Origin: Euprymna scolopes
Lineage: Eukaryota
Reading direction: 5' to 3' (one strand)
DNA length: 64,000 nt
Assembly: GCA_053919585.1 (NCBI GenBank)
Contig: CM132796.1
The notes under the pieces are model-generated. The model saw nothing but the letters and a program-made list of their open reading frames with translations, had not been told where the DNA came from and made no database searches. Below are positions 24,946-37,519 of this stretch, piece after piece. Position 1 is the stretch's first letter. Each line of letters starts with the position of its first letter. The position numbers and the translations under genes are program-made.

Positions 24946-25519
24946 AAACGATATTCTTGTGAAATATGTGGATTTTGTTTTGCACAAAAATGAATTGTGG
25001 TACAGCACAAGTGAATGCATACTCGTAAGTGTCCCTAATATTGTTGGGATTAACAGAGATGAGAGCAAAAAGATAACGAAATACCAAAATCTTATGTACA
25101 ACATAAAAAGAAACTGGAATCTTAGGAAAATCTCTATCATTCTAGTACTTTTATAGGAGCAACCAGGCTCATGAAATTGCATTTTAAAAACTACCTGGCA
25201 AATATACCCGATAAATCAAGTGCAAGTGAGACACAAACATTTGCACTTAACTTACTGAACAATTAATAAAAAATAAAGAAACTACATATTTGTAAAATAT
25301 ATTGCTTTTCTTTCAAACTAATGAATTATGTTGACATATATGTAGTAGAAAGAAACTATTCTTGTTGAATTTTCTCTCGCAGAAATCAATGTTTATGTAT
25401 ATAATAAATTATAATGAAATCTAAGCTGATATACAATGTCAATTCAAGATTAGAAAATATTGAATTAATAAAAACTTGAAAAGCTTTTAAATAGAAATAA
25501 AAGTGCCGAGAACTGTTGT

Positions 25520-25642
25520 TTTACTAAAAAGACAATTTTTATTTAATAAGAAGACAATTTTTATTTACTACGAAGACATTTATTTACTATGAAGACATTT
25601 ATTTACTATGAAGACAATTTTTATTTACTACGAAGACATTTT
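25520..25642. repeat. 19-22 bp minisatellite (AAGACAATTTTTATTTACTACG)
   Basis: About 5-6 imperfect copies. Confidence 0.85.
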
Positions 25643-26191
25643 TTTTTAAATCGAATAAAATCCAATGATTACCGTATACTTTATGACTAAAGACTTACGC
25701 TAAAATATATAAATGGATCGTGCAGTTGCTTTTATCGTATTGTTTTTACATTCTCATGTTATATAATAGAACGCTCTCGTGTTATTTTTATATTTGAGTA
25801 ATAGTATGTGTACAATGTATATTATATTCCCAAAAATGGATGTTTATTTGAAAATTAATTTGCATATTATTGAGATCATTCCTTTCATTTGTTGATATTA
25901 CATATTAAACGTATTTTTATAAGAAATAAATATAATTTACAAATGAAAAAAATGTTAATCTTAAATGAAGTTGATTTCTACAGAACATGATTATGTGACC
26001 AATATATGTTGTAATGGGTTATATGTACTTGTAAGCACAATTCGAGTGCTAAACAATCCTCAATTCTTTTATCTTTATAATAAAGTAAAGTACACTTTTC
26101 TTTTCTTTGTTTGTTTTATTCCTATTCTAAATTTCTTACATTTCTCAGTCATACAACTTCTTTCAACGAAGTCATTTGTACATAAATCGAG

Positions 26192-26662
26192 GGTATTTTC
26201 ACTCTCATACTAAGATGTACTACACCAATATTACACCGAAATTATTTGCATGGAAATTTCTTTGGTATTTTCACTCTCACACCAATATTACACCGAAATT
26301 ATTTGCATGGAAATTTCTTTGGTATTTTCACTCTCACACCAATATTACACCGAAATTATTTGCATGGAAATTTCTTTGGTATTTTCACTCTCACACCAAT
26401 ATTACACCGAAATTATTTACATGGAAATTTCTTTGGTATTTTCACTCTCACGCCAATATTACACCGAAATTATTTGCATGGAAATTTCTTTGGTATTTTC
26501 ACTCTCACACCAATATTACACCGAAATTATTTGCATGGAAATTTCTTTGGTATTTTCACTCTCACACCAATATTACAGCGAAATTATTTGCATGGAAATT
26601 TCTTTGGTATTTTCACTCTCACACCAATATTACACCGAAATTATTTGCATGGAAATTTCTTT
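26192..26662. repeat. 57-bp tandem repeat, about 8 near-identical units
   Basis: Unit GGTATTTTCACTCTCACACCAATATTACACCGAAATTATTTGCATGGAAATTTCTTT; only 3 substitutions seen among the repeated units. Confidence 0.97.
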
Positions 26663-27527
26663 GAGCATAACACAGTTTTACTTTCATTTGTGCCTGTCAT
26701 GTACTCTATATTTTTATCCTAAATAATCATATCTGTTTCAAGCTCAGGTGTTCCGTTTTTATTAAAATTGCTTTCCTTCAAATAGCAATTTATAATAATT
26801 TTTCAGTTTTTCCACATTATCCGATTCATATGACAACGCAAAAATATAATTACAGAGTCATGCAAAATAAATTAAGTTTCTTGTTGAGATCTTTTTTTCT
26901 TCTTCATAATTAGAAAGACTATTTGAAAATAGCAGATTATGCTTCATTTATATTCGAACAACAAACATGGTCTCTGATTTACAAATGCAGCCTGTAAGGC
27001 CTTTTCTAAACAATTTTTATTTTAGTTCATTCTTTTAGTTATTGTTTTAATTCGACTTCTATGACAAATATTCAACTAAACATTATTTTGGTAATATTTT
27101 CATTCATTTGCAAATTAAGCAATATATATGTATCTAATTATTATTACAAGTGTATTTTTTTATAAAATAACTTCCATATACAAACATGGTTTCTTTATTA
27201 ATGTATCTTTTAAAATTGAGACGTCTTTAAAACAAAAATATTTTAATTACTATTGATGATTCGTATTTCTCATCTACATTTTTATTCTACATGTTAGCAT
27301 TGACTTTCACTTTGGATAAGAAGGTTTCTGTGTTTGTAGGTTAGGGGTTGGAAAAAATGGAAACGACGCCAACCCGATGCGGAATTAACTGACTTCTTCC
27401 AAGGAGGAAGTTCCATGGAAGTATGAAATTCACAAGTGGTCCCCAGTCGCATGTATATCCCCGTCAGGGGAGATGACGACATTAGGTTTTTGCAACTCTT
27501 GCAGGGAGGTGTCTAGAATTTACAAAT

Positions 27528-27609
27528 TGGTCACCCATCTGGTACTGACCAGGTTCAATCTTGCTTAATTCTGGTGATCTAATGAGAACCGATGTGTCAA
27601 CATGATTAT
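27528..27609 (-). pseudogene. Decayed 5S rRNA-derived sequence (pseudogene or SINE3 head)
   Basis: Plus strand GGTCACCCATCTGGTACTGACCAGGTTCAATCTTGCTTAA..GTGATCTAATGAGAACCG aligns by eye to the reverse complement of 5S rRNA. Confidence 0.8.
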
Positions 27610-30600
27610 ATTGTACATAATAAAATATATTCTATAACTGAATGATTTATAGACAGCCCAATATTTTCTGGGGGGGGGTTTCAAGAGAATCTGATTTCTA
27701 TGAAATTTGTGTTTTTCGTATAACTTTAAATTGATTCACTTATTAAACGCTTTATATTATCAAAAGGTTGATTTTGGCAATTTTTTATTGGAATTATATT
27801 TATTCCAAACCAAGACGCGTAGGCATTCGACCTCACTTGGTGACGTCCCCGTTCACACAAACCTAAATGACGACTTTTAAACTTTTGACTTTACAGGTAA
27901 ATTTGCACATAACTATTCTTTTGTTTTTGTTTTAAATTAGATTATTTATTGATCTTTTATCTTCAGTTTCTAATACATAAGCCTTAGGGAGAAAATTAAT
28001 TATTTTCTTTTTAATAGACATTTCAAAATGGGGGGGGGGTAAAAAAGTTTGTCTAGAATATTATATTCAGTGTATTGGAAAGAGCATAAAATTTCACATT
28101 AAACCTGAAAATATCTTTAAAATTGGACCAATAGAAAAATTTTGATAGATTTTTAATTGAAAAAAAAATTAACTCGTAAAATTCAATTCATTTCATTACG
28201 TAGAAAAAATGGCTGCATGAGCGCGCGCATGCACTTTGTAAACATTTTTTTTTTTAATAAATAATATTTCTATTATTTTTTTTAAAAACTTTAATAGTTT
28301 ATTTTGGAAGTATATTCCATAAAGAAATTAAACAACCCACTTAAAAAAATAATAATAATTACGAGTTTTGTATATTTTATTCGCAGTTTTGTGTTAAGGG
28401 TGTCAAAATTTCCCCCAAAATTCTGACACACCTAGTGCAAATCCAGTCGTTAATGTTTGGAGTTATTTCGTTATCTCAGTTCTTAGTAAAATAAATTGTG
28501 ATGAATGAGTCTGAAGTTGGAGTATGCTCAAAAATCTTTATTTTACTAAGAACTATGCAGAGACAAATTTCTATGAATGCTGTATCTGTTTAAAAGAAAT
28601 AACGCAAAGAAGTAATTTACTTCCAGTGAGTATAAATGGAGAATGAGAACATTATTGTGTTCGCTATTGTTTTCTCAAATAAAAGTTTATACATTTTTTA
28701 TTTTAGAATAATTTTCATATTTATTGATTCTTTTATCATAATTCTTACTCAGAGTATTTTCACATACTAGGTACGGGCATAATGAATGTCGATGTGTTCG
28801 TTACAACTCTACTTTCAACCGAGTCGTTGTTTGTTTCGTTCACCACACTCTTTTCTTCTACCTCCTCTTTTACACACGTCCGTTCGTTTTCGTGACTCAA
28901 ACTCGTCTCTCTTCCCGCTTTCCTCTTCTTATTATTTATGGAATCAGGGTACGAGATTCTCCGAGATTCCACGAGACTTTTTTCCACATAAACGCATGCG
29001 GGCGCCATCTTGATTCTTAGTAGCCACTTTCTCCACAGTCGATGATCAAAATGTATAAACATTTTGACGGGTAATTCTTTTTTGGCACGCCAAGACGCCA
29101 GCACGCCAAAAAGTACACCACATACCAAATTTCATTCCTTTATAAAGACAACTTTCTACAGAAAAAAAACAACTTATTTTTACATTTTTATCTCGCGAAT
29201 AAACATAAAATTATATATTAAAAACCGCGTTTATTATTTTTTAAATCAAACAACGGAGTTGAAGTCAATGTTTTCGATTGTAAAACAAATTTTTTTTTTT
29301 GATAAATTTCTGTGTGGCGTACTCATGAATTATTTTTTCTAAAGAATACAATTGAATAAAGTTTATTTTTACAAGAATGTTTAGATATTTACCTAGTGAA
29401 TAAGCATAAAAAAAATATATAAAAAACCGCGTTTATTATTTTAAAAAAATCAAAATTATGCACCTGGTATGAAGTTGTTTTTTTGTTTTGTTTTTTTTTC
29501 TTAAACAAAACTGACTTAACCGGTATATAATTTAAATATAGATTAAATAAGTCATAAGAAAAAAAACATATACGAACGGCACAACGAAAATGCAACTTAA
29601 AATAACAGGCGAACAGAAGAAAAGTAAAATTTGGTGGTATCCAAGTTTAGCGTTACAAATTCCAGAGAATTATTTGAGGATGGGCACTATTGCTAAACAA
29701 ATTATTTTCCGCTAAATAGTATTTTTTTTGTTTAAAAAATTAACCATTGTATGCGTAGAATAAAATATTGAAGCCAGTCATTTTGATTACCTTATCGCAA
29801 TCATGTAAATTGAAAAATAAAAATATCGGCCTTTCTTTCTTCATAAAGTGATTCATTTTTTTTTCTTCGAGAGTTACCTGCCCTTGGGGTTGGGGTGTGT
29901 CATATTATGAGTTATGTCCCCTTCGGTCAACTCTTTAATATAAAACAATACAAGAGTTGCGTCCCTTGTGGTTAGTAACAATAAATACATGGACTTGCTC
30001 CATGGCTTATCATGCTTAAATGTGTCTTGTCTTCTGGTGTCTTTTTTAATAAGGTTCATCCCGTATCATATAATGAAACAAACATAATCGGACATGGTGG
30101 CAACTACGGGGATTTTCTTAAAAAAAAAGAAAAGCAACCCATCCACAAATAGAATGAACGCAAAAGAAAACATCAGTCTTCGTGTTGCGCGTAAACGCAT
30201 GTGGTGACGACGACAAGCGCCATCTTAAAAAATAAAAATAAAAAATCGATGCACAAAGTAAGTTCGCCAATTTTATTCAGTCATGTCATTGTTTTGTTTT
30301 CTTTGTTTTTTATTTAAAAGAAAAAAAGGGGTATTAGTATAATAATAATATAAAAAAAAACAATAATTAAATTAAAGTAAAATGAGTTCTAATGCAAGCG
30401 AACCCGTTATGCACTGGGGGGTCTGAGAATCTATTTGAATCGTTCAGATTCTTCAAGCAACGGTGCGCATTATATTTCTCTGTAAAAAACATTCCCGGCG
30501 AGAAGCAGGTCGACCACATTCTACTGCTGTCTGGTGAGGAAGGTTTACGGCTATATAATGCCTGGACATTTGACGATGATGCTGACCGGACGAACCCGGA

Positions 30601-31110
30601 GGCAATTTGGCGTAAATTTGAGGAGCGTCTAGAGCCCCAAACCAATGTTCATATTGCACGTTTCTATCTGCGTGAATATAAACAGAAGAATACGGAAAGC
30701 ATCGACGACTTCATGGCGAGATGTAAACTATAGGCAAAAAAATGCAGGTTTAGGGATAACCAAGAGACTGAAGAACGTCTCATTGAACAAATGATTACCG
30801 GCACCAGACACCTGGAGTTACAAAAACTTCTACTTTCGAAAGGCATGGAGCTTACATTCCAAGAGGCCTTAAATAGTGGTAGAACGCACGAAGCATCCCT
30901 TAACCACATGCGACAAATGGCTGAAATTCGAGGCGATTGTCAGGAAATTAGTGCAATAAAAACAAGCCAGTGTCGACGTTGTGGAAATAAACATGAAAAA
31001 GAAAATAGTCCAGCCTGGGGCACCACATGCTCAGCGTGTGGCAAAAAGAACCACTGGGCGAAAGTGTGTGTGGCATCCGTCAGTCGAAACGACTATGGAT
31101 CAGCGCCATA

Positions 31111-33078
31111 TTAAGATGTTGCCTGTTTGCATCCTTTTGTGTGACTGTAGAGACCAATTCTTGATTTGCATAGTCTGCCACAGCCTTGACATACGAAGGT
31201 TGTTATGCAATTTGCCGCTTCGTCCGGCTGTTCCGCCTGTACACTCGCTCTTCTCCTAGCTCTCTTTGCAGCATTTTCAACATGGAGGGTCCTCTCGCTG
31301 ATGATAATCCCCTGGCGTATCATTTTCCTCCAGGCAATTCTGTCAGCTGCAGAGGCTTCCCATGTATTCCTGTCCACCGAGAGAGCCTTCATGTCACGCT
31401 TGCAGACATCCCTGTAGCGAAGGTGGGGTCGCCCCCTCTTTCTTGAGCCTGAGGCAAACTCGCCATAGAGAAGGTCTTTAGGGATGCGCCCATCATCCAT
31501 CCTGTGCACATGGCCCAGCCAGCGAAGACGTCGCTCATGCAGTAGGGAGTAAATGGATGGGATGCCCGCTCTCTGCAGAACATCAGTATTACTCACTCTG
31601 TCCTGCCATGTGATACCAAGTATCCTACGTATACACCTCATATGGAAGACCTGGAGTTTCCTCTCTTGTGCTGAGTATGTAGTCCAGGATTCACTCCCAT
31701 ACAGTAGAACACTGAGGATGCACGCTCTGTAGACGGTCATCTTGGTGGAGGTGGTAAGGTGCCTGTTTTCCCAGACTCTTTTAGTTAGTTTAGAGAGGGT
31801 TGTAGATGCCTTTCCAATCCTTTTGTTTAGCTCCACGTCCAATGAGAGGGTGTCTGAAGTAGTGGAGCCTAGATATTGAAACTGGCGTACGACCTTTAGT
31901 GGTGTTCCTTGGATTGTGATGCTGGGTGGGGAGGCGGTTGCTTGTCCCATGACTTGAGTTTTCTTCTGGCTGATGGTGAGACCGAACAGGCTGCAAGCAT
32001 TAGCAAACCTGTCCATCAGTCTTTGAAGACCATCTTCCTGATGCGATGCTATAGCTGCATCATCGGCAAATAGCATGTCTCTTATCCGAACTGTCCTGGT
32101 CTTTGTCCTGGAGCTGAGTCTGGCGATGTTGAAGAGACCACCATCTGACCTGGAGTGCAAGCAGATACCATCCGTTGTGTTCTTGAAAGCATGCTTCAGG
32201 TGTAGCGAGAAGAAGATGCCGAAGAGTGTTGGGGCCAACACACAACCCTGTTTGACACCACTCCTCACCCCGAACTCAGCAGACATGCCACTGTTTAATT
32301 GCACAGTGCTCCTCATGCCATCATGAAAGGATCTTATGATGCTGAAGAGTTTTGGTGGGCATCCGATCAGTGGGAGAATTTTGAATAGTCCATCTCTGCT
32401 CACGAGATCGAATGCTTTGGTCAGGTCTATGAAGGCAACATACAGAGGCTGGTTTTGCTCTCTGCACTTCTCTTGCAGTTGGCGTAGGGAGAAGATCATA
32501 TCGATTGTTGATCTCTCTGAACAAAAACCGCATTGAGATTCTGGGTAGATTCGGTCAGCAAGAACGTTTAGTCGTAGTAATACTATACGTGCGAATAGCT
32601 TGCCAATGAAACTCAACAGTGAGATACCGCGGTAGTTGTTGCAGTCACCGCGGTCCCCTTTGTGTTTGTAGAGATTGATGATATTTGCGTCTCTCATGCC
32701 CTGAGGCACTGAGCCTTCTCTCCAACACTGTATCAGAAGACTATGGAGGGGCTCAAGCAGGCTAGCCTTTCCACTTTTTAAGACCTCAGCTGGAATATAG
32801 TCCTTTCCTGAGGCTTTTCCTGATGGCAGTCTGTCTATTGCCCAGGATAGTTCTTCTATGGAAGGCTCCTCATCGAGCTCATGCATCAGTGGTAGACGAT
32901 CAATGGCATCCAGGGCGGACTGATGTACCATGTTTTCCCTGGAGTAAAGCTCGGAGTAGTGTTCAACCCATCTGTCTAGCTGTTTAACTTTGTCTAGTAT
33001 GGGTTCACCCGATTTAGACTTCAGTGAAGCAGTTTTGTTAATTATGGGTCCTGTAGCTCTCCTGATCCCGTTATACAT
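31111..33078 (-). CDS. RTE LINE reverse transcriptase (uninterrupted 655-aa frame)
   Basis: NYRGISLL, FIDLTKAFD, GVKQGCVLAP, FADD, YLGS, C-terminal CxxCGRxCxSRIGLxSH typical of RTE. Confidence 0.93.
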   Translation of the reverse strand: MYNGIRRATGPIINKTASLKSKSGEPILDKVKQLDRWVEHYSELYSRENMVHQSALDAIDRLPLMHELDEEPSIEELSWAIDRLPSGKASGKDYIPAEVLKSGKASLLEPLHSLLIQCWREGSVPQGMRDANIINLYKHKGDRGDCNNYRGISLLSFIGKLFARIVLLRLNVLADRIYPESQCGFCSERSTIDMIFSLRQLQEKCREQNQPLYVAFIDLTKAFDLVSRDGLFKILPLIGCPPKLFSIIRSFHDGMRSTVQLNSGMSAEFGVRSGVKQGCVLAPTLFGIFFSLHLKHAFKNTTDGICLHSRSDGGLFNIARLSSRTKTRTVRIRDMLFADDAAIASHQEDGLQRLMDRFANACSLFGLTISQKKTQVMGQATASPPSITIQGTPLKVVRQFQYLGSTTSDTLSLDVELNKRIGKASTTLSKLTKRVWENRHLTTSTKMTVYRACILSVLLYGSESWTTYSAQERKLQVFHMRCIRRILGITWQDRVSNTDVLQRAGIPSIYSLLHERRLRWLGHVHRMDDGRIPKDLLYGEFASGSRKRGRPHLRYRDVCKRDMKALSVDRNTWEASAADRIAWRKMIRQGIIISERTLHVENAAKRARRRASVQAEQPDEAANCITTFVCQGCGRLCKSRIGLYSHTKGCKQATS

Positions 33079-33207
33079 ATTTTTTATATTTCCTGTATCA
33101 GCTGCATGCTAGATAGACTTGGAGAGCTCCATCCAGTAGTTGTTTGCAGCTTCTCTTACAGCCTTTTGAACTGCCCTTTTGGAAAGCCTAGGCAAAAAGG
33201 AAGCAGA

Positions 33208-33320
33208 GTGCGTAAGTCTTCCCTGCCAGTACATAGCCTCTCCATAGGAAAGCTCCATGTAGTGCCTCCCCGCGGTGACACATGTAAATTGAGTACCTTG
33301 CGGACTCAAGCAGAACTACA
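33208..33320 (+). ncRNA. HDV-like ribozyme fold at the RTE 5' end
   Basis: P2 TGTAGT/ACTACA, P3 GCC/GGT, L3 TCCCCGC, P4 TTGAGT/ACTCAA, J4/2 G-CAGA, imperfect P1 GTGCGT/ACACAT. Confidence 0.7.
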
Positions 33321-33939
33321 GGAGACTCGGAGGTGGTCTGCCCCCAGACATGCGGCATGCCAGGCCCATCGTTGTATGGACAAGCCCTGATGCCCATGAA
33401 CAGGCCCCCAGCTATGGGTAAATAGTACCACTGCCTTGTGGTTATTCGTTGGTTCGATAAAGGCTAAGGGAGTACATCCTAACAGAAAATCTGGAGTGTA
33501 GCCCCACAGGCAGACAAGTGCTGTACTCAGCCTTGCTCTGGTAGCTACTGCAGTCAACCTGGTGCCAGACGTACTGGTACTTCCATTCCTCTGGGCAACA
33601 CCAGCAAGACCGAGAGGGGGATTCTGACGATTGGGCAACCCAGTCTCTCCACAGATCCGCCCTGGCCAGCGCCCTGGAGAGAAAACTTCAGCTATGCATC
33701 TGTATAGGACTAAACAGGGGAGCGACAGTTACCGGTTATAAGCCTACAGCTCAATTGGCGTACAGCTGGGCGCCAGGGGTCGGTCCTAACGGTGGGAAAA
33801 GTTATTTAATTTCATTGGACAGCTACCGCCCGCCACAAAGCTGAGCAGCCCTCGGTCAGTAAGGTGCTATCCCGCCACTGGCTACCTACCCTACTGGGTG
33901 CGTAGGGTATAGGATGATTCCAACAAGTGGCCAGTAACC

Positions 33940-35075
33940 ATTGCACCAAACAAAACCAAAAGAAACACAAAGAACCCAACACTCAGGATAGGGTGCTGGA
34001 ATGTTCGTACTATGACGACTGGCCTATCTACCGACATACGCAACATCTCTGATATTCGAAAAACTGCCATCATCAACAACGAGCTATCGAGACTCAAAGT
34101 AGACATCGCTGCACTCCAAGAAACACGCTTAGCTAACACCGGATGCCTAAAGGAATCGGACTATACCTTCTTCTGGCAAGGAAAACAGGAAGAGGAGGTC
34201 CGGGAACACGGTGTTGGTTTCGCAGTCAGAAACTCACTGCTTCAGAACGTACAACTCTCTGATTCAGCTACTGAGCGCCTAATCTCACTACGACTGAACA
34301 CCACAGATGGAACAATTAATCTATTATGTGTGTACGCCCCAACACTCACAGCGCCTGACGACATCAAGGAGCACTTCTACACACAGCTGGATAGCACCAT
34401 CAAGGCATTTCCACAAAATGAAGACCTGATTATACTTGGGGACTTTAATGCACGTGTGGGTGGCGACAACGATGCATGGCCGAGCTGCCTTGGTAACTTT
34501 GGAGTGGGCAAATGCAATGGTAACGGTCAGCGCCTTCTAGAACTCTGTGCCTACCATGACCTCTGCATTACCAACACATTCTTTGCTGCCAGACTGCATC
34601 ACAGAGTGTCCTGGAGACATCCCAGATCAGGGCGTTGGCACCAGCTCGATCTAATCATTACTAGACGAAGGTACCTCAAACATTTTCTGATGTCTAGAGC
34701 CTACCACAGTGCTGATTGTGATACAGATCATTCCCTAATATGCAGCAGAGTCAAACTTCAACCCAAAATTTCTACCACACTAAACAGGAGGGTGTTGCCG
34801 GTATTGATGTTAGCAAGACCACATACTCAGATCGCAATGCGAAATTCAATGAGATGTTAACCTCCACCTTCAAAGGAGATAACACCCGGACTGCATCTGA
34901 ACAGTGGGAAACACTGAAAAATGCCATCCACTCTACAGCTCTCAAAGTCTTTGGGAGGAGGATAGGTAGCAAACGCAATGACTGGTATGATGCCAACTCT
35001 GCTACCCTCAACCCTCTGATTGAGGCAAAGCATTTGTCCTTGCTCTCATACAAGGCCAACCCATCTCCTACATCG
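33940..35075 (+). pseudogene. RTE apurinic-like endonuclease and linker (inverted part)
   Basis: IGCWNVRT, ALQETR, GVGF, VYAPT, LGDFNAR, LDLI, TDH; frameshift near 34765. Confidence 0.93.
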
Positions 35076-37519
35076 CTGGGCGAAAGTATGCACTAACAAA
35101 AAGGAGGGCACAAGAAAATACAGCCAAACAAAAACGACGAACAGCCAAAAGCAGCCGCAAGAAAACAGATACAGAAAGCGGAACAGTAAAATCTGCTCAG
35201 TAAAATCTGAGCCCAAGGAGATGTATAGAGAATTGTAGCAGTTAAACTTTAATGCGATTCATCAGCCAAAAGACAAGCGTATTGAAGTAATAACGGAACT
35301 TAAAATAAAGCTTCTCAATAGACCAGGCACTCATATACTCAAAGCAAAGGTGGACACAGGTGCAGAAGAGAATACGCTTCCTCTACGAACTTTTCGAAAC
35401 ATGTTTCCCAACAGAGTTGATGACTTAGGACAACCCATTCCAGGCTCCACAAAGAAAGAGCACACGATTCTGGCGGCATACAACGGCTCAAACATAATAC
35501 AGCATGGATCGATCTACATACAATGCGGACACAAAGACAAGTGGAAAACTTTAAAATTCTTTGTTGTCACAACAGAAGGGCCTACAATCATAGGATTACC
35601 TTCTCTCAGAGACTTGGAGCTGATAAGCCTCCACTGCACCATTCAACAAAAGAAAGATCCGATTAACTCCGTCAGCGAATTAAAAAATGCATATGCAAGT
35701 CAGTTCGATCGCATAGAACATTTTAAAAGTGACTACCACATCGTCCTACAATCTGATCATCCTCCAGTAATACATGCACCGAGGAAATGCCCTATCCATC
35801 TTAGAGAAGAAATAGAAGAGGAGTTGAAATCCATGGAAGCCCAAGGCATCATCAGAAAGGTCACCGAACCGACTGAATGGGTCAGCAGCATAGTATATGT
35901 TCGAAAGAAGAATGGACAACTTCGCTTATGCCTTGACCCAAAGGATCTGAACCGGGCAATAATGAGATGTCATTACAAGACTCCCACCATGGAAGAACTA
36001 GCACACAAGCTCAACATTTCTCCAAGCTAGATGCCAAAAACGGATATTGGTCCATACCTCTTGACGCAGAATCCCAATTACTAACGACCTTCAACTCACA
36101 ATTTGGGAGATACTGTTTCCAAAGAATGACATTTGGTCTGGCAATGTCACAGGATTTATTTATGCAGAGAATGGACATGATACTGGAAAAATGCCCTAGT
36201 ACAATTGGACTAATAGATGATGTTATCGTCTTCGGAAAGACTAAGGAGGAGCACGACAGCAACCCCCACCGGCTTATGGAAGTAACACAAACGGAAGGAT
36301 TGTGTTTTAATTGTGATAAATGTGAGATAGATGAAAAGCAGATAAGCTTTTTGGGGGCTATCTATGACAAGAACGGCATTAAACCAGATCCTAGTAAGGT
36401 AGAAGCTATAAAGCAGCTTCCCAGCCCTACCAACGTCAAAGAATTGCAAAAAGTGTTGGGAATCATCACTTACTTGTCACCATTCATTCCGCGCCTATCA
36501 GACTTAACTGCCCCCATGAGAGATCTGTTAAAAACAGAAGCAGAGTACCAGTGGACTGCAAGTCACCAGAAGGCTATGCAGAAAATAGAGGATGAGATCT
36601 GCAAAGAAATGTCTCTCGCTTACTTCGATCCAATGAAAGAGACAAGCCTACAGGTAGACGCCTCAAACAAGGGTCTAGGTGCAGTACTCTTGCAAGAAGG
36701 AAGGCCCATTGCATTTGCATCAAAAGCTCTAACAGCAACAGAACAAAGGTATGCAAACAGAGAGAGAGAGCTTTTAGCTGTAGTTTTTGGCTGTGAGCGC
36801 TTCAAAACATACCTATATGGAAGCAAATTCCAAGTAGAAAGCGATCACAATCAGTTGGAAATGATCAGCTTAAACATCTAATTGCTGCTCCACCTCGTTT
36901 GCAACGCATGCTGCTGCGCCTACAATGATATGACATGACCATCATGTATCGCCCAGGTAAGGAAATTACCCTGGCGGATGGATTCTCCTGACTACCCAAC
37001 AGAAGGAGTAACGAGGAGATCGACCTTAATATTCGAGTTGACTTTGTCCAATTTTCTGCTAAAAAAGTAACACAGATAAAGCTAGCAACGAAAGCCGACC
37101 CTATACTCTGTGAACTTAAGGAAACCATCCTGCATGGCTGGCCCAATACATCCAGGGAAATAAGCAAAAATTTGCAGCCATATTAGTCGTATCGGGATGA
37201 GCTGGCCATCGAAAATGGAATTTTGATGAAGAGTAATCGGATAATTATACCCAAAGTGATGCAGCAAGAAATCCTACAAAAATCCATTATGGTCATCAGG
37301 GTATGGAAAAATGCAAACTGCGGGCAAAAAGTTGTGTCTTTTGGCACAACATTAATAAAGATATAGACAGCATCACACAACAATGTACCATATGTCAACA
37401 GCACCAAAAAGCCCAGAGTGCAGAACCTCTGATGCCACATGAGATTCCTGTAAGGCCCTGGCAAGTAGTGGCCACTGACCTGTTCCACAGTGAAGGTCAC
37501 AATTACCTGCTGATGGACC

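Larger units (their letters stand above)
31069..35075 (-). mobile_element. RTE-clade LINE, essentially full length, with inverted 5' half
   Basis: 15-bp TSD CTGGGCGAAAGT(G/A)TG (31054-31068/35076-35090); RT half on the minus strand (31069-~33190); 5' UTR and APE on the plus strand (~33191-35075). Confidence 0.95.
29898..37515 (+). mobile_element. Gypsy element D (Mag-type), 3'-truncated, interrupted by an RTE LINE
   Basis: Putative 5' LTR 29898-30094 (terminal inverted TGTC..ATTATG); PBS TGGTGGCA (tRNA-Leu-like). Gag with paired CCHC; PR DTGA; RT LCLDPKDLN, LIDD; RH VDAS; IN breaks off after WQVVATDLF..NYLL. Confidence 0.88.

Noticed and set aside
23436-25010. Antisense ORFs over the ZNF genes (also 57501-57977)
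   Set aside because: Expected shadows of the 84-bp finger periodicity.
26176-26726. CRISPR-like array or repeat protein (three open frames)
   Set aside because: There are no unique spacers and the context is eukaryotic; open frames follow from a stop-free 57-bp unit.
27528-27609. Functional 5S rRNA gene
   Set aside because: Too many substitutions; the 3' end and terminator are missing.
28760-29128. 122-aa minus-strand ORF
   Set aside because: No recognisable domain; overlaps a promoter-like region.
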